Positions 1-8,793 of a stretch of 64,000 bases of DNA are shown piece after piece. The stretch comes from a plasmid, in sequence record NZ_CP067423.1; one strand, 5' to 3'. The position numbers and the translations under genes are program-made. Every line of letters starts with the position of its first letter. Positions within the stretch are counted from its first letter, which is position 1. The notes below the pieces were generated by a model. That model worked only from the letters and a program-made list of their open reading frames with translations, had not been told where the DNA came from and did no database searches.

Positions 1-1596
1 ATGGATAATGCCCGACACGACAGCAATCCAACCAACACGAATGGGATGGATGATCCGCTCCAGCGGATCGCGGCGCTGGAACGTCGGGTCGTGGTGCTGA
101 CGCGCGAGAACGAACGGCTGGAGACGTTCCTGGCGGTTCTGCGCCACAGGATCTTCGGCCGGTCCTCTGAGAAGATGAGCCCGGACCAGCTCAGCCTGCT
201 CGATACGCCAGCACCTGCGCCGACCGATCCGGGCGAGGCGGCCCCTTCAGGCGAGGACACGATCGGACGGCGCCGGCGAGGTCGCGGGGGTCGGCGTCCT
301 CTGCCCGACACTCTGCCGCGGGTGATCCGGGAGATCCCGCCCGCCAGCACGCAGTGCCCGTGCTGCAGCCGGGAGATGGCCCGGATCGGCCAGGATGAGA
401 GCAGGCAGCTCCACCTCGTGCCGGCCCATGCCGAGGTTCACGTCACGCTCCGGCCCAAGTTTGCCTGCAGGGCGTGCGGCGAGCTGGCCCAGGCGCCGGC
501 GCCCGACGATCGACCGATCGAGCGTGGCCTGCCCACCGCCGGTACGATCGCCCAGGTCGTCATCGCCAAGTACCTCAACCACATGCCGCTGCACCGGCAG
601 GCGGCGCACTACGCCCGGCTCGGCGTGCTGCTCGCCACCACCACGCTGTACGGCTGGGTTGAGGCGGCCGCGCGCGATCTGGCGCCGGTTGCCGACCGCC
701 TGCTCGAGCTGCTGCTCCGGCGGACCAAGATCCATGCAGACGACACGCCGGTGACCGTGCTCAATCCGGGCCGGTCCGGCACTCACGACGGCCGCTTCTG
801 GGTCTATGCCGACGACACCCGGCCGCGCGGTGGCAGCGAGCCCTCGATCGCGGTGTTCCGCTTCTCCGCCGGACGGGCCGGCAAGCATCCGGCTCAGCAC
901 CTGGCCGGCTTCAAGGGCACGCTGCAGGCCGACGCCTTCTCCGGCTTCGATCACCTGTACCGGGGCGGCGCTATGGTCGAGGCCGGCTGCCTCGGCCACG
1001 CCCGGCGCAAGCTGGTCGATCTGGTGCGCGCCAAGGGCTCGCCGGTTGCTGCCGAGGGCGTGAAGCAGATTGCCGCGTTGTACCGCATCGAACGGCGGAT
1101 CTACGGGTTGCCGCCTGCGGAACGCCTGGCGGTGCGCCAAAGCGAGGCGGTGCCGCTGCTCGATGCTCTGCGGGCCTGGCTGACCGAGCGGCTGAGCCAG
1201 GTGGCGCCGCGCAGCGAACTGGCCAAGGCGCTCGGCTACATGAATGCCCAGTGGGATGCCCTGGTCCGCTACGCCACCGACGGCACGCTGGAGATCGACA
1301 ACCTGACGGCCGAGCGGGCACTGCGCGGGATAGCCGTCGGCAGGAAAAATTGGAACGTGATCGGCTCGGATGCTGCCGGCAAAGTCGCCGCCGTGATCTA
1401 CAGCCTGGTGGAAACCTGCCGCTTGAACGGGATCAACCCGGAAGCCTACCTGACCGACGTCATCGGCCGGGTCGGACGGACCAGGATCCAGGCGCTCGAT
1501 ACCTTGCTGCCGTTCAACTGGCGGCCGCCCGACGCCGGCAGTTCCGCCGATCCGGGACGCATGAACATCGCCCCTCACGCCGCTGCCGCCGCCTGA
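1..1596 (+). CDS. tnpC: IS66 family transposase TnpC (531-aa ORF; true start may be the internal Met at nt 46)
   Basis: N-terminal leucine-zipper-like region (LQRIAALERRVVVLTRENERLETF ... FGRSSEK), CxxC...CxxC zinc finger (CPCCSREM...CRACG) and a DDE-type core with the C-terminal RLNGINPEAYL motif typical of IS66 TnpC. A second, degenerate copy of the same C-terminus sits at 24840-25255. Confidence 0.85.
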   Translation: MDNARHDSNPTNTNGMDDPLQRIAALERRVVVLTRENERLETFLAVLRHRIFGRSSEKMSPDQLSLLDTPAPAPTDPGEAAPSGEDTIGRRRRGRGGRRPLPDTLPRVIREIPPASTQCPCCSREMARIGQDESRQLHLVPAHAEVHVTLRPKFACRACGELAQAPAPDDRPIERGLPTAGTIAQVVIAKYLNHMPLHRQAAHYARLGVLLATTTLYGWVEAAARDLAPVADRLLELLLRRTKIHADDTPVTVLNPGRSGTHDGRFWVYADDTRPRGGSEPSIAVFRFSAGRAGKHPAQHLAGFKGTLQADAFSGFDHLYRGGAMVEAGCLGHARRKLVDLVRAKGSPVAAEGVKQIAALYRIERRIYGLPPAERLAVRQSEAVPLLDALRAWLTERLSQVAPRSELAKALGYMNAQWDALVRYATDGTLEIDNLTAERALRGIAVGRKNWNVIGSDAAGKVAAVIYSLVETCRLNGINPEAYLTDVIGRVGRTRIQALDTLLPFNWRPPDAGSSADPGRMNIAPHAAAAA

Positions 1597-1685
1597 TCCG
1601 CTCGCGCCGGGGTCTATACCCATCGGCAAACCTCCCGCTGCCAATTACCAGGAATCTACCCGCGTGGGGGCGCTTGAATAGGTGC
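1..1685 (+). mobile_element. IS66-family element, right-hand part only (tnpA and tnpB would lie upstream of the window)
   Basis: tnpC ends at 1596. At ~1665-1683 the sequence GGGGGCGCTTGA resembles the terminal GTAAGCGCCCC-type inverted repeat of IS66 elements. The end position is approximate. Confidence 0.4.
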
Positions 1686-2319
1686 CTTCGTCGCTGGTTT
1701 ACTCAACTACTCTGCGGTGAAAGGCAGGAAGGGGTGACAGTGGTATGGCGCTGCCGCCGTTGTCCGTCGTGATACCAGGGCAAGGGGCTCCATCAGCCTC
1801 GGAAAGCGTACAACCGCGATCGCTTCTCCATCAACCTGCCAACGCCCGTTGGGTTATGAGCAGCAAGAGGGGCAGGGTGCCGTCAGGTAGGTAAGTTTGG
1901 GGGCTATTGCCATTTACTCCTGACTACCATCGGGTTCGAGTTCGGGTGATTTCCTCCGCTGCGTCCTCGGGCGGGTAGGGGGCGGGTGTTTCAGTATCAT
2001 CCCGGCGCCGGGACCGCGGTTTGGGCGTGTTCCTGCTCTCAGCGTCGACATCGCTGCTGACCCGCGTGGTCGATTACCACAGCGAATAGGCGTTCTCGCG
2101 CCGCGCCTGGCTTTCCGGCAGCAGGGCAGGGGACACCCGGCAGTCCCGCGCCCTGCGGGATTCTCATTTAGCCCGCTATCGAGGCGGTCTCAGCCATGGG
2201 GTCCACCTCAGAATGGCCGGCCCAATTGGGGAGGCGCGAAATCACTGGGGTTTCACTGGGATTTGCCTCTGCCGCCGGTGGCGATCTGAGCAGCGGTCCG
2301 TAGCGAGCAAGCCGCCGGC

Positions 2320-4644
2320 TCAAGCTTCCAGCCGCGCCACGGTTTCCAGATCTCGCTGACGCTGTCTGACCCGCCGCTCATAGCTCGCCTGGTTCTTGGT
2401 ACAAACAAGGGTGTAGGGGCGACCCGTGCGGTCGGTGGCGACATCCAGATCACAGCCCGCCTGACGAATCACTGCCTCGACATGTCCGCGCCGCGCCTCA
2501 GCCGCTTTCAGGGTCCACGTTTTTTGTGCGGGATCGTCGAGGAACTGGGCAAGGTCGCGGCAGTCGGGGCACGAACAGGGAAGCTGGCTGTTCCGCCGCC
2601 AGTCCTTCGGCGCCTCAAGCGGTTCAGCAATACGGGCACGCAGGTGGTCCAACGCGGCGGCGCGCAGTTGCTCCACAGCCGGCAGGCTCATGGGCGGCAG
2701 GCTTTTTGCGGATCTCGTGCCGACGAGATTCACGAGAGCGGGAATGAGCACACCGTCCTGATCGTATGACTTTGACCAAGCCAGCATGTGGTCGACCGCA
2801 CGCATCGCCAGTGACTCGTCGACCCCTCCCAGCGCGATCACGACATCGGCCACGAGGCCGGCCGACGGGGGCCGAGGCCGGTTCCACCAGGGATGTTGTG
2901 ACTCCATTTGGGTCGGATCGCCTGGAAGGGCTGCGAGCAGAGCCTCGGCCGCTCCCGCAAGGCTGGTACGGCCGCTGAGCGGCCAGGTCGCGGCGCGGGC
3001 CAGCAGTGCCGCGCACGCTTCCAGCGATGACGACGCCTTTGCGCGGATGATCCGCTCGATCAGCGTGGCGGCCTGTTCAGGCGCCAGAAGGCCAGCCGCC
3101 TCGACCATGGCGCCGGTGTCGCCCTTGGCAAACCCACCGTCTTCGGCTAGACGATCCAGGAATGCCGCGATGCTTTCCGTGTCAGCAAACCGCGTCAGCG
3201 CAGTCAGCAAACGAGTGGCAGGGCCGGGGGGGTCATCATGGCCGCCTTGCCGCTCCGCCCAGTTCCCAATGATGTGACCGGCCAGTTCGTGCCCCTGTTC
3301 CCACAGCGGAGACGATTGCACACCGTCAGCGTCCTCCCAGCGCCTTGTCAGATCTTCCAGATACGGCAGGGTAACCGACAGACCCGCCTGATTCAGAACC
3401 GCCAAGAAATGTGCGTTCGGCCACAGCACCAGCGCTGCCCGACGGTAGGTGCGCTCGAAGGATGCCCCTTCGTTGCCGGTGGCCTCGTGGAAATGCTCCT
3501 CGTCCGGCTCCAGCCCGTCGAAGGCATCGGGTGGCAACAACTCGTCATCGCCGAAGGGGATGTCCGCCAGCGAAGCGGTGCCCCCATTCGGCCGACGCCA
3601 TTCGGTGAGAACCGCACGGCGGTCGTTGACCTCCAGCGCCTCCAGTTCCGGCTCTGACCAGCGGGAGCGGTACGATCCGCCGTCTCCGGTGTATTCGGCG
3701 ATCCCGCTCTCCTTAATGGACACCAGCGCCAGATGCAGGGCGAAGTCAGCCCGCCGCGCAGCGGCGGCGAGCACCCCGGCCACTGCGGCATCGGCGCCCT
3801 TCAGCGCCCCGAATCCCAATTCGGCGGGAGTATAGGCATGTTCCAGCGGGTAGATGAGCTTCTCGGGCCTATCGTCCACTAGACTGTCTTCGTCCAGTAT
3901 GTCGTCCTCGAGTTCGCCGGCGGCCTCCGCCCAGTCCTTGAGAAGGATCGCCGTACGAGCGGTTTCACGGTTGTAGTCGGGTGGTTCGGGTAATGGTACC
4001 GGGCCTGGGCGCGTGAGATTGTAGACCAGCGTCAGTCGGTGACCTTGGGTAACTGGGGTCAACTCGTGGACGCAGTCGGCGTAGAAGGCGGCGTAGCGCA
4101 CCTCCGACGGCTCCTCCGAGCGCAGATCAAGCCGCACCTCCCGTCCCTTGTGGCGTACGATCAGTTCACCGCCGGTCGAAGCCGGGACCGAGGGCAGGAC
4201 GATCACCAGCGTGGCGAACATGCTCGGAGCCTTCTCGGTGTCGCGATGACGGACGAAGAAATCGCCTTCGGCATAGATCAGCAGCTTGTAAAGCTCCGCC
4301 TCGACCGGCCCGTCCACTCCCAGCCCCTCGGCCGCGCTTGAGACGATCCGCTCCAGCGTTCGCGGCCAATGCCTGCCGCCGATATGGACCCGCCCGGCAT
4401 CGATCTGCCAAGTCCGCCGCACCGCCGGGTCGACCAAGGTTTCCTCGCCGCGCCCATAGGGCGCACGCTCGGCCACGGCGATGAGCTGTTCAGCCTGGAC
4501 CGGCAGCAGCGGCAGGGCGATCGGACCGACGCCCACCACCTCCATCATGGGCGCCAGCAGCTCAGCTGTGCCCGAGGCGAAAAAGTCGCCGGGCCGGCGA
4601 ATGGTTCCCAGGACTGCGGCAAGCTCAAGGACAAGGGAGGACAT
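2320..4644 (-). CDS. 774-aa hypothetical protein: N-terminal prolyl-4-hydroxylase-like 2OG-Fe(II) oxygenase domain fused to a ~500-aa Ala/Leu-rich helical C-terminal region ending in a CSCPDC motif
   Basis: The ORF-track ORF 2320..4803 carries a GGAGG Shine-Dalgarno 7 nt before the internal ATG at 4644 (MSSLVLELAAV...), so I start it there. Motif ELYKLLIYAEGDFFVRHRD ... TLVIVLPS ... GGELIVRH matches the HxD...H iron triad and P4H-type fold (E.LQ..Y..G..F..H.D). The rest has no family I recognise. Confidence 0.6.
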   Translation of the reverse strand: MSSLVLELAAVLGTIRRPGDFFASGTAELLAPMMEVVGVGPIALPLLPVQAEQLIAVAERAPYGRGEETLVDPAVRRTWQIDAGRVHIGGRHWPRTLERIVSSAAEGLGVDGPVEAELYKLLIYAEGDFFVRHRDTEKAPSMFATLVIVLPSVPASTGGELIVRHKGREVRLDLRSEEPSEVRYAAFYADCVHELTPVTQGHRLTLVYNLTRPGPVPLPEPPDYNRETARTAILLKDWAEAAGELEDDILDEDSLVDDRPEKLIYPLEHAYTPAELGFGALKGADAAVAGVLAAAARRADFALHLALVSIKESGIAEYTGDGGSYRSRWSEPELEALEVNDRRAVLTEWRRPNGGTASLADIPFGDDELLPPDAFDGLEPDEEHFHEATGNEGASFERTYRRAALVLWPNAHFLAVLNQAGLSVTLPYLEDLTRRWEDADGVQSSPLWEQGHELAGHIIGNWAERQGGHDDPPGPATRLLTALTRFADTESIAAFLDRLAEDGGFAKGDTGAMVEAAGLLAPEQAATLIERIIRAKASSSLEACAALLARAATWPLSGRTSLAGAAEALLAALPGDPTQMESQHPWWNRPRPPSAGLVADVVIALGGVDESLAMRAVDHMLAWSKSYDQDGVLIPALVNLVGTRSAKSLPPMSLPAVEQLRAAALDHLRARIAEPLEAPKDWRRNSQLPCSCPDCRDLAQFLDDPAQKTWTLKAAEARRGHVEAVIRQAGCDLDVATDRTGRPYTLVCTKNQASYERRVRQRQRDLETVARLEA

Positions 4645-4925
4645 GGAACCTCCGAGGTGGCGACTCGGACGGCATTCTGGATCAATGGCCGGAGCAAGTC
4701 GAGAGGTCGGGACGATGAATGACTGGTTTGGTCTCATCCGGTGCGAGCACGGCTTTGGCTTGGGAACAGCCGTGGCTCCCTCATCATCCGTGAACCCGAT
4801 CAAGGTTTGGCGCTCGACACCATTCCTCGGTACACGATCAACCGGGGCAAATGCCGCCCTGCCGACGAGGAACGTCTGATGTTATCGGCACCTCCGAGAC
4901 GTTTAGCCCGGATCCGAACTCCACT

Positions 4926-5183
4926 CTATTGAAACGGGTTTGCCACCTCATCCGGCATATCAGGTGGCGCAATCTTATCCGGCAGGTTCCTCTCAGTTTC
5001 GAGGGCTTGAACCACCTTATCGAGCACTGCCTTCAGGATCCGGGCATGCTCCAGTCCACCCTTATCGCGGGTGAGATCGATGCTCCCGTAGATCGAAACT
5101 CGGTCCGTCCTGTTATCGATTGTCAGGTCACCGATTCCAAGGGACTCGCTTTCGTTTGCGAAGGGCAAGATGGTCTTGTTCAT
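4926..5183 (-). CDS. small hypothetical protein (85 aa), candidate inhibitor or immunity partner of the upstream nuclease
   Basis: It starts 11 nt after the nuclease stop codon on the same strand and has a GAGGA Shine-Dalgarno 7 nt upstream of its ATG. It is acidic with no signal peptide. No recognisable domain. Confidence 0.45.
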   Translation of the reverse strand: MNKTILPFANESESLGIGDLTIDNRTDRVSIYGSIDLTRDKGGLEHARILKAVLDKVVQALETERNLPDKIAPPDMPDEVANPFQ

Positions 5184-5193
5184 GATGGTATCC

Positions 5194-6005
5194 TCAACGC
5201 ATAAACTGCATCAGTCTGTCCAGGATCGTGTCCACGCTCCAGGGGCTCTCGGTGTGCTTTGGGCGCCTGCCCGGCAGCTTCGGGTCCGGCAGAGCCATCG
5301 CGTGATCCTTGATCGACCGTGCGAGCCCTGGGAACGGATCGATCCCGGTGATCTGCTGAAGTTCGGCGATCGACACGCTCCGCCACTGATCGCTATCGCC
5401 ATTCTCCACGAGATAAGCGGCCGCCTGGTTGCGTTTGGGGTGGTAGACGGCCTTGAAGATGTGGGTCGGCACCAGCACCCGCCCGCGCAGGCGCTGCAGG
5501 GTCGCGCCCTGGAAGACCGGGCCGCTGACGACATACAGTTCTCCCGATCGGCGGGCGAGACCACGCATGGCAGACTCGATGCCCGACCACAGGCCCCGGT
5601 TACTCTGCGGATCCTGCGGGATCATGTTGGCCAAGGAAAAGCTCTCGTGCTGTGCCTGTTCATCAGGCATATCGGCCGCTGGCGCAAGGTGACCGCGGTC
5701 GAAGCCCGAGCGCGCGTAATCATCGAGGTTGGCGCGCTCGTCGGGCGGCAGCCGGGACTCCTCGTGGAAGGTGTCCCGGCGCTCGGTAGCCACAGCCGCG
5801 TCGAGCCCGTTCGGCGTCAGGTGCTCGGCCGCCCAGAGCGGGGTGCGCGTGATGCCGGAGTGCAGCACGGCGAAGGCCGCGTAGCAGATCGCCCGGGTCT
5901 TGGGCAGGAGCTTTGGGTTGACTAGATCCGGTGCGTTGCCGTGCGGGAAGAACTGCCGGCATTCGGTCGAGGCCGCGAGCGAAACGGTCCTGACGCCGAC
6001 AGTCG
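5194..6005 (-). CDS. DNA/RNA non-specific endonuclease (NucA / Serratia nuclease / EndoG beta-beta-alpha-Me family), codons 16-284; codons 1-15 are displaced to 8751-8793 by the IS21 insertion
   Basis: Catalytic motif SGFDRGHLAPAAD (the DRGH His-Me finger) and overall similarity to secreted NucA-type nucleases. The long ORF-track ORF 5194..6765 is read-through into the IS21 left end. Confidence 0.8.
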
Positions 6006-6206
6006 TGATGAATCCGATTGAAGTCGGCCATGGATTCCGACGCGAAGTCGGCCACTGTTCCGGAATGAAGCCGGCCATCATTCCGAGATGAAGTCGGCCA
6101 CTTCGGCGACGGTAATCAACCTTCCGGAGGAGGCCGGGCAAGACCGCTGACAGGTCAGTACTCAACCTGCATCTACTCTCACCAGTTGTGAACCTGGGGG
6201 TGGTCG

Positions 6207-7748
6207 ATGCCAGCGAAGAAGAGGCTGACGATGCGACAATTGAGAGCTCTGCTGCGCCTGAAGCACGGCGGCGCCCGACTGAGCGACCGCACGCTCGCGT
6301 GCCGGATCGGCGTTGCCCGCAGCACGATCCAGGATTACCTGGCGCGGGTCGAGGCTGCCGGACTGTCCTGGCCACTGCCCGACGACGTAACCGACGAAGT
6401 ACTGGAGCAGCTGCTGTTTCCCCGGTCGGGCTGCCGGCCAGGCTTCCGGCGCCGGGTCGAGCCGGACTGGGCGATGGTTGCGCGCGAACTGAAGCGGCCC
6501 GGCGTGACGCTGATGACGCTGTGGGAGGAATACCGCGAGGGCGAGCCCGGTGGATACGGCTACAGCCGGTTCTGCGACCTGTTCCGCGAGTTCGAGCGCC
6601 GATTGTCGCCGACCATGCGCCAACACCATGTCGCGGGCGACAAGGTCTTCGTGGATTTCTCGGGCAAGCGGCTGGAGGTGATCGACCCGGCCTCGGGAAC
6701 CGTACGGCCGGCGGAGATCTTCGTCGGCGTTCTGGGAGCGTCGAGCTACACCTATGCCGAGGCAACCTGGACCCAGACGCTGCCGGATTGGATTGGCGCC
6801 CACACCCGCATGTTCGGTTTCTTCGGCGGGGTGCCGCGGCTGGTCATTCCGGACAATCTGAAGTCCGGTGTTCATCGGGCGAACTTCTTTGATCCGGAAC
6901 TGAACCGGAGCTATGGCCGGATGTCGGAGCATTACGGAACCGGCATTCTGCCGGCACGGCCGCTGAAGCCGAAGGACAAAGCCAAGGTCGAAGCCGGCGT
7001 CCGCGTCGTTCAGCTGTGGCTGCTGGGCCGGCTGCGGCGACAGACTTTCTTCTCACTGGAGGAGTGCAACCGGGCGATTGCTGCTGCCTTGGAGCAGCTC
7101 AATGCCAAGCCGTTGCGACGGCTGGGCGTAAGCCGCCGCGAGCTGTTCGAGCAGCTCGACCGGCCGGCTCTGAACCCGCTCCCCGAGGTGCCTTACGAGT
7201 ATGCCGAATGGCTGCGGGTTCGGGTTGGGCTGGACTATCACGTCGAAGTCGCGGGTGCCGCCTACTCGGTGCCGTACGCGCTGATCCGTCAGGAGGTCGA
7301 GGTGCGGCTGGGTGCACGCACGGTCGAAGTGTTCCGGGCAGGTCGGCGGGTTGCGGCTCATCCGCGCGCTGCATCGGGCACGGCCACGCTGAGCGATCAC
7401 ATGCCGGCGGACCACCGCCATTATGCCGAGTGGAGTGCCGAGCACTTCCTCAGCCGGGCACGGCAGTTCGGTCCCTCGACCGAGGCTCTGATCGCCGCGA
7501 TCCTGGCGGACCGGCGTCATCCCGAGCAGGGCTACCGGAGCTGCCAGGGCGTGCTTAAGCTGTTCCGGGGCGCCAACGGGGAGCGGGCCGAGGCGGTCAG
7601 CGCGCGGGCGCTGGCGATCGGGGCGCTGGGCGGCCGGAGCATCGCTTCGATCCTGGAGAACAACCTGGACCGCCAGCCGGCGGCCCCGACGGCCGAGGCG
7701 GCGCCCCTGGTGCACGCCAACATCCGCGGCTCACGCTACTTCCATTGA
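6207..7748 (+). CDS. istA: IS21 family transposase IstA
   Basis: N-terminal HTH (RLSDRTLACRIGVARSTIQDYL) and DDE integrase core. It is followed by istB 11 nt downstream. Confidence 0.9.
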   Translation: MPAKKRLTMRQLRALLRLKHGGARLSDRTLACRIGVARSTIQDYLARVEAAGLSWPLPDDVTDEVLEQLLFPRSGCRPGFRRRVEPDWAMVARELKRPGVTLMTLWEEYREGEPGGYGYSRFCDLFREFERRLSPTMRQHHVAGDKVFVDFSGKRLEVIDPASGTVRPAEIFVGVLGASSYTYAEATWTQTLPDWIGAHTRMFGFFGGVPRLVIPDNLKSGVHRANFFDPELNRSYGRMSEHYGTGILPARPLKPKDKAKVEAGVRVVQLWLLGRLRRQTFFSLEECNRAIAAALEQLNAKPLRRLGVSRRELFEQLDRPALNPLPEVPYEYAEWLRVRVGLDYHVEVAGAAYSVPYALIRQEVEVRLGARTVEVFRAGRRVAAHPRAASGTATLSDHMPADHRHYAEWSAEHFLSRARQFGPSTEALIAAILADRRHPEQGYRSCQGVLKLFRGANGERAEAVSARALAIGALGGRSIASILENNLDRQPAAPTAEAAPLVHANIRGSRYFH

Positions 7749-7758
7749 GGTCCTGATC

Positions 7759-8502
7759 ATGTTGACACACCCGACCCTGGACCTGCTGCACGACCTCGGA
7801 CTGGAAGGCTGTGCCAGAGGCTTCAGGGAACTGGCGGCCAATCCCGCGGCGGCCACGCTGGATCATGCCGAATGGCTCGGCGTCCTGCTCGAGCACGAGG
7901 TGACGAGGCGCAATCAGAAGCTCTACGAGAACCGGGCCCGGCGCGCCCGGTTGCGTCATCAGGCGGTGATCGAGGATGTCGATTACCGGGCGGCGCGCGG
8001 CCTGGACAAGGCTCTGTTCCTGAAGCTGGGAGCCTGCGGATGGGTTCGCGAGCACCGCAACCTGATCCTCACCGGGCCCTGCGGAGTGGGCAAAACCTGG
8101 CTGGCCTGCGCGCTCGGCAACCAGGCCTGCCGGGAGAACCTGTCGGTGCTCTACGTGCGGGCCTCGCGGCTGTTCGCCGACCTGGCGCTGGGACGTGGTG
8201 ACGGTCGCTACACCCGGCTGCTGCGCAGCTATGGCAAGGCTGATCTGATGATCCTTGACGATTGGGGACCGGAGCCTTTGGGAGCGGACCAGCGCCGTGA
8301 CCTGCTGGAGATCGTCGAAGAGCGCTACGGCAGGAAGTCGTTGCTGATCACCAGTCAAGTTCCCGCGTCCAACTGGCACGCGATCATTGGAAATCCCACC
8401 CTGGGCGATGCGATCCTGGATCGCATCGTTCACAATGCCTACAGGATCGAACTGAGCGGGGATTCCCTGCGCAAACACAAAGCCGAAGTCGAGCAAAAGT
8501 GA
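7759..8502 (+). CDS. istB: IS21 family helper ATPase IstB
   Basis: Walker A GPCGVGKT, Walker B LMILDDWG, and the DnaA/IstB AAA+ fold. Confidence 0.9.
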   Translation: MLTHPTLDLLHDLGLEGCARGFRELAANPAAATLDHAEWLGVLLEHEVTRRNQKLYENRARRARLRHQAVIEDVDYRAARGLDKALFLKLGACGWVREHRNLILTGPCGVGKTWLACALGNQACRENLSVLYVRASRLFADLALGRGDGRYTRLLRSYGKADLMILDDWGPEPLGADQRRDLLEIVEERYGRKSLLITSQVPASNWHAIIGNPTLGDAILDRIVHNAYRIELSGDSLRKHKAEVEQK

Positions 8503-8750
8503 CCGCCACCGTCTGCCCGGCCCCCCGCGGGGGGCCGGGCAGACGGTGCAACCCAGGCTCGACAAAAACTTGACCGAACCTGTGTCCCGTGAGATGAGCA
8601 CAATCGACCTGTCAGCATCCAGACCTGGCCGACATCAGATCGGTAAGGTGGCCGGCTTCGGATCGGAACGATGGCCGACATCGCGTCGGAACAAGGGCCG
8701 GCTTCCGGTTGGAATTAGTGGCCGACTTCATCGGAATACACAGACAGTCG

Positions 8751-8793
8751 GGCACAACGCGAGAACGGCGACGATGACGAGGCGCTTCAGCAT
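8751..8793 (-). other. displaced 5' segment of the nuclease gene: start codon plus signal-peptide codons 1-14 (MLKRLVIVAVLALC)
   Basis: Deleting IS21 copy 1 and one copy of the 8-bp duplication joins this segment in frame to 5194-6005. The joined product reads MLKRLVIVAVLALCPTVGVRTVSLAASTECRQFFPHGN..., a Sec-type signal peptide with an AxA-like cleavage site (LAA-S). Confidence 0.55.

Larger units (their letters stand above)
6006..8740 (+). mobile_element. IS21-family insertion sequence, copy 1 (2.7 kb), flanked by an 8-bp target-site duplication GACAGTCG (5998-6005 and 8743-8750)
   Basis: Terminal inverted repeats TGATGAATCCGATTGAAGTCGGCC (left) and GGCCGACTTCATCGGAATACA (right), starting TG and ending CA. 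Multiple GAAGTCGGCC sub-repeats at both ends, as in IS21-family termini. Contains istA and istB. Confidence 0.8.

Noticed and set aside
247-1644. 465-aa ORF antisense to IS66 tnpC
   Set aside because: Gly/Arg-rich low-complexity translation of the opposite strand of a well-supported transposase gene.
1597-2319. tRNA or integration target near the IS66 end, and upstream of the integrases
   Set aside because: I could not recognise any cloverleaf-compatible tRNA-like sequence in the intergenic stretches (1.6-2.3 kb, 13.5-14.5 kb, 57.2-58.1 kb).
5170-5925. 251-aa ORF on the + strand
   Set aside because: It lies entirely antisense to the nuclease gene, whose DRGH catalytic motif and strong family similarity identify the - strand as coding. 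It is a typical high-GC shadow ORF.
5194-6765. 523-aa ORF-track ORF extending the nuclease far upstream
   Set aside because: Residues upstream of ...TTVGVRTV are translated from the IS21 left terminal repeats and from the antisense strand of istA. Only 5194-6005 is native nuclease sequence.
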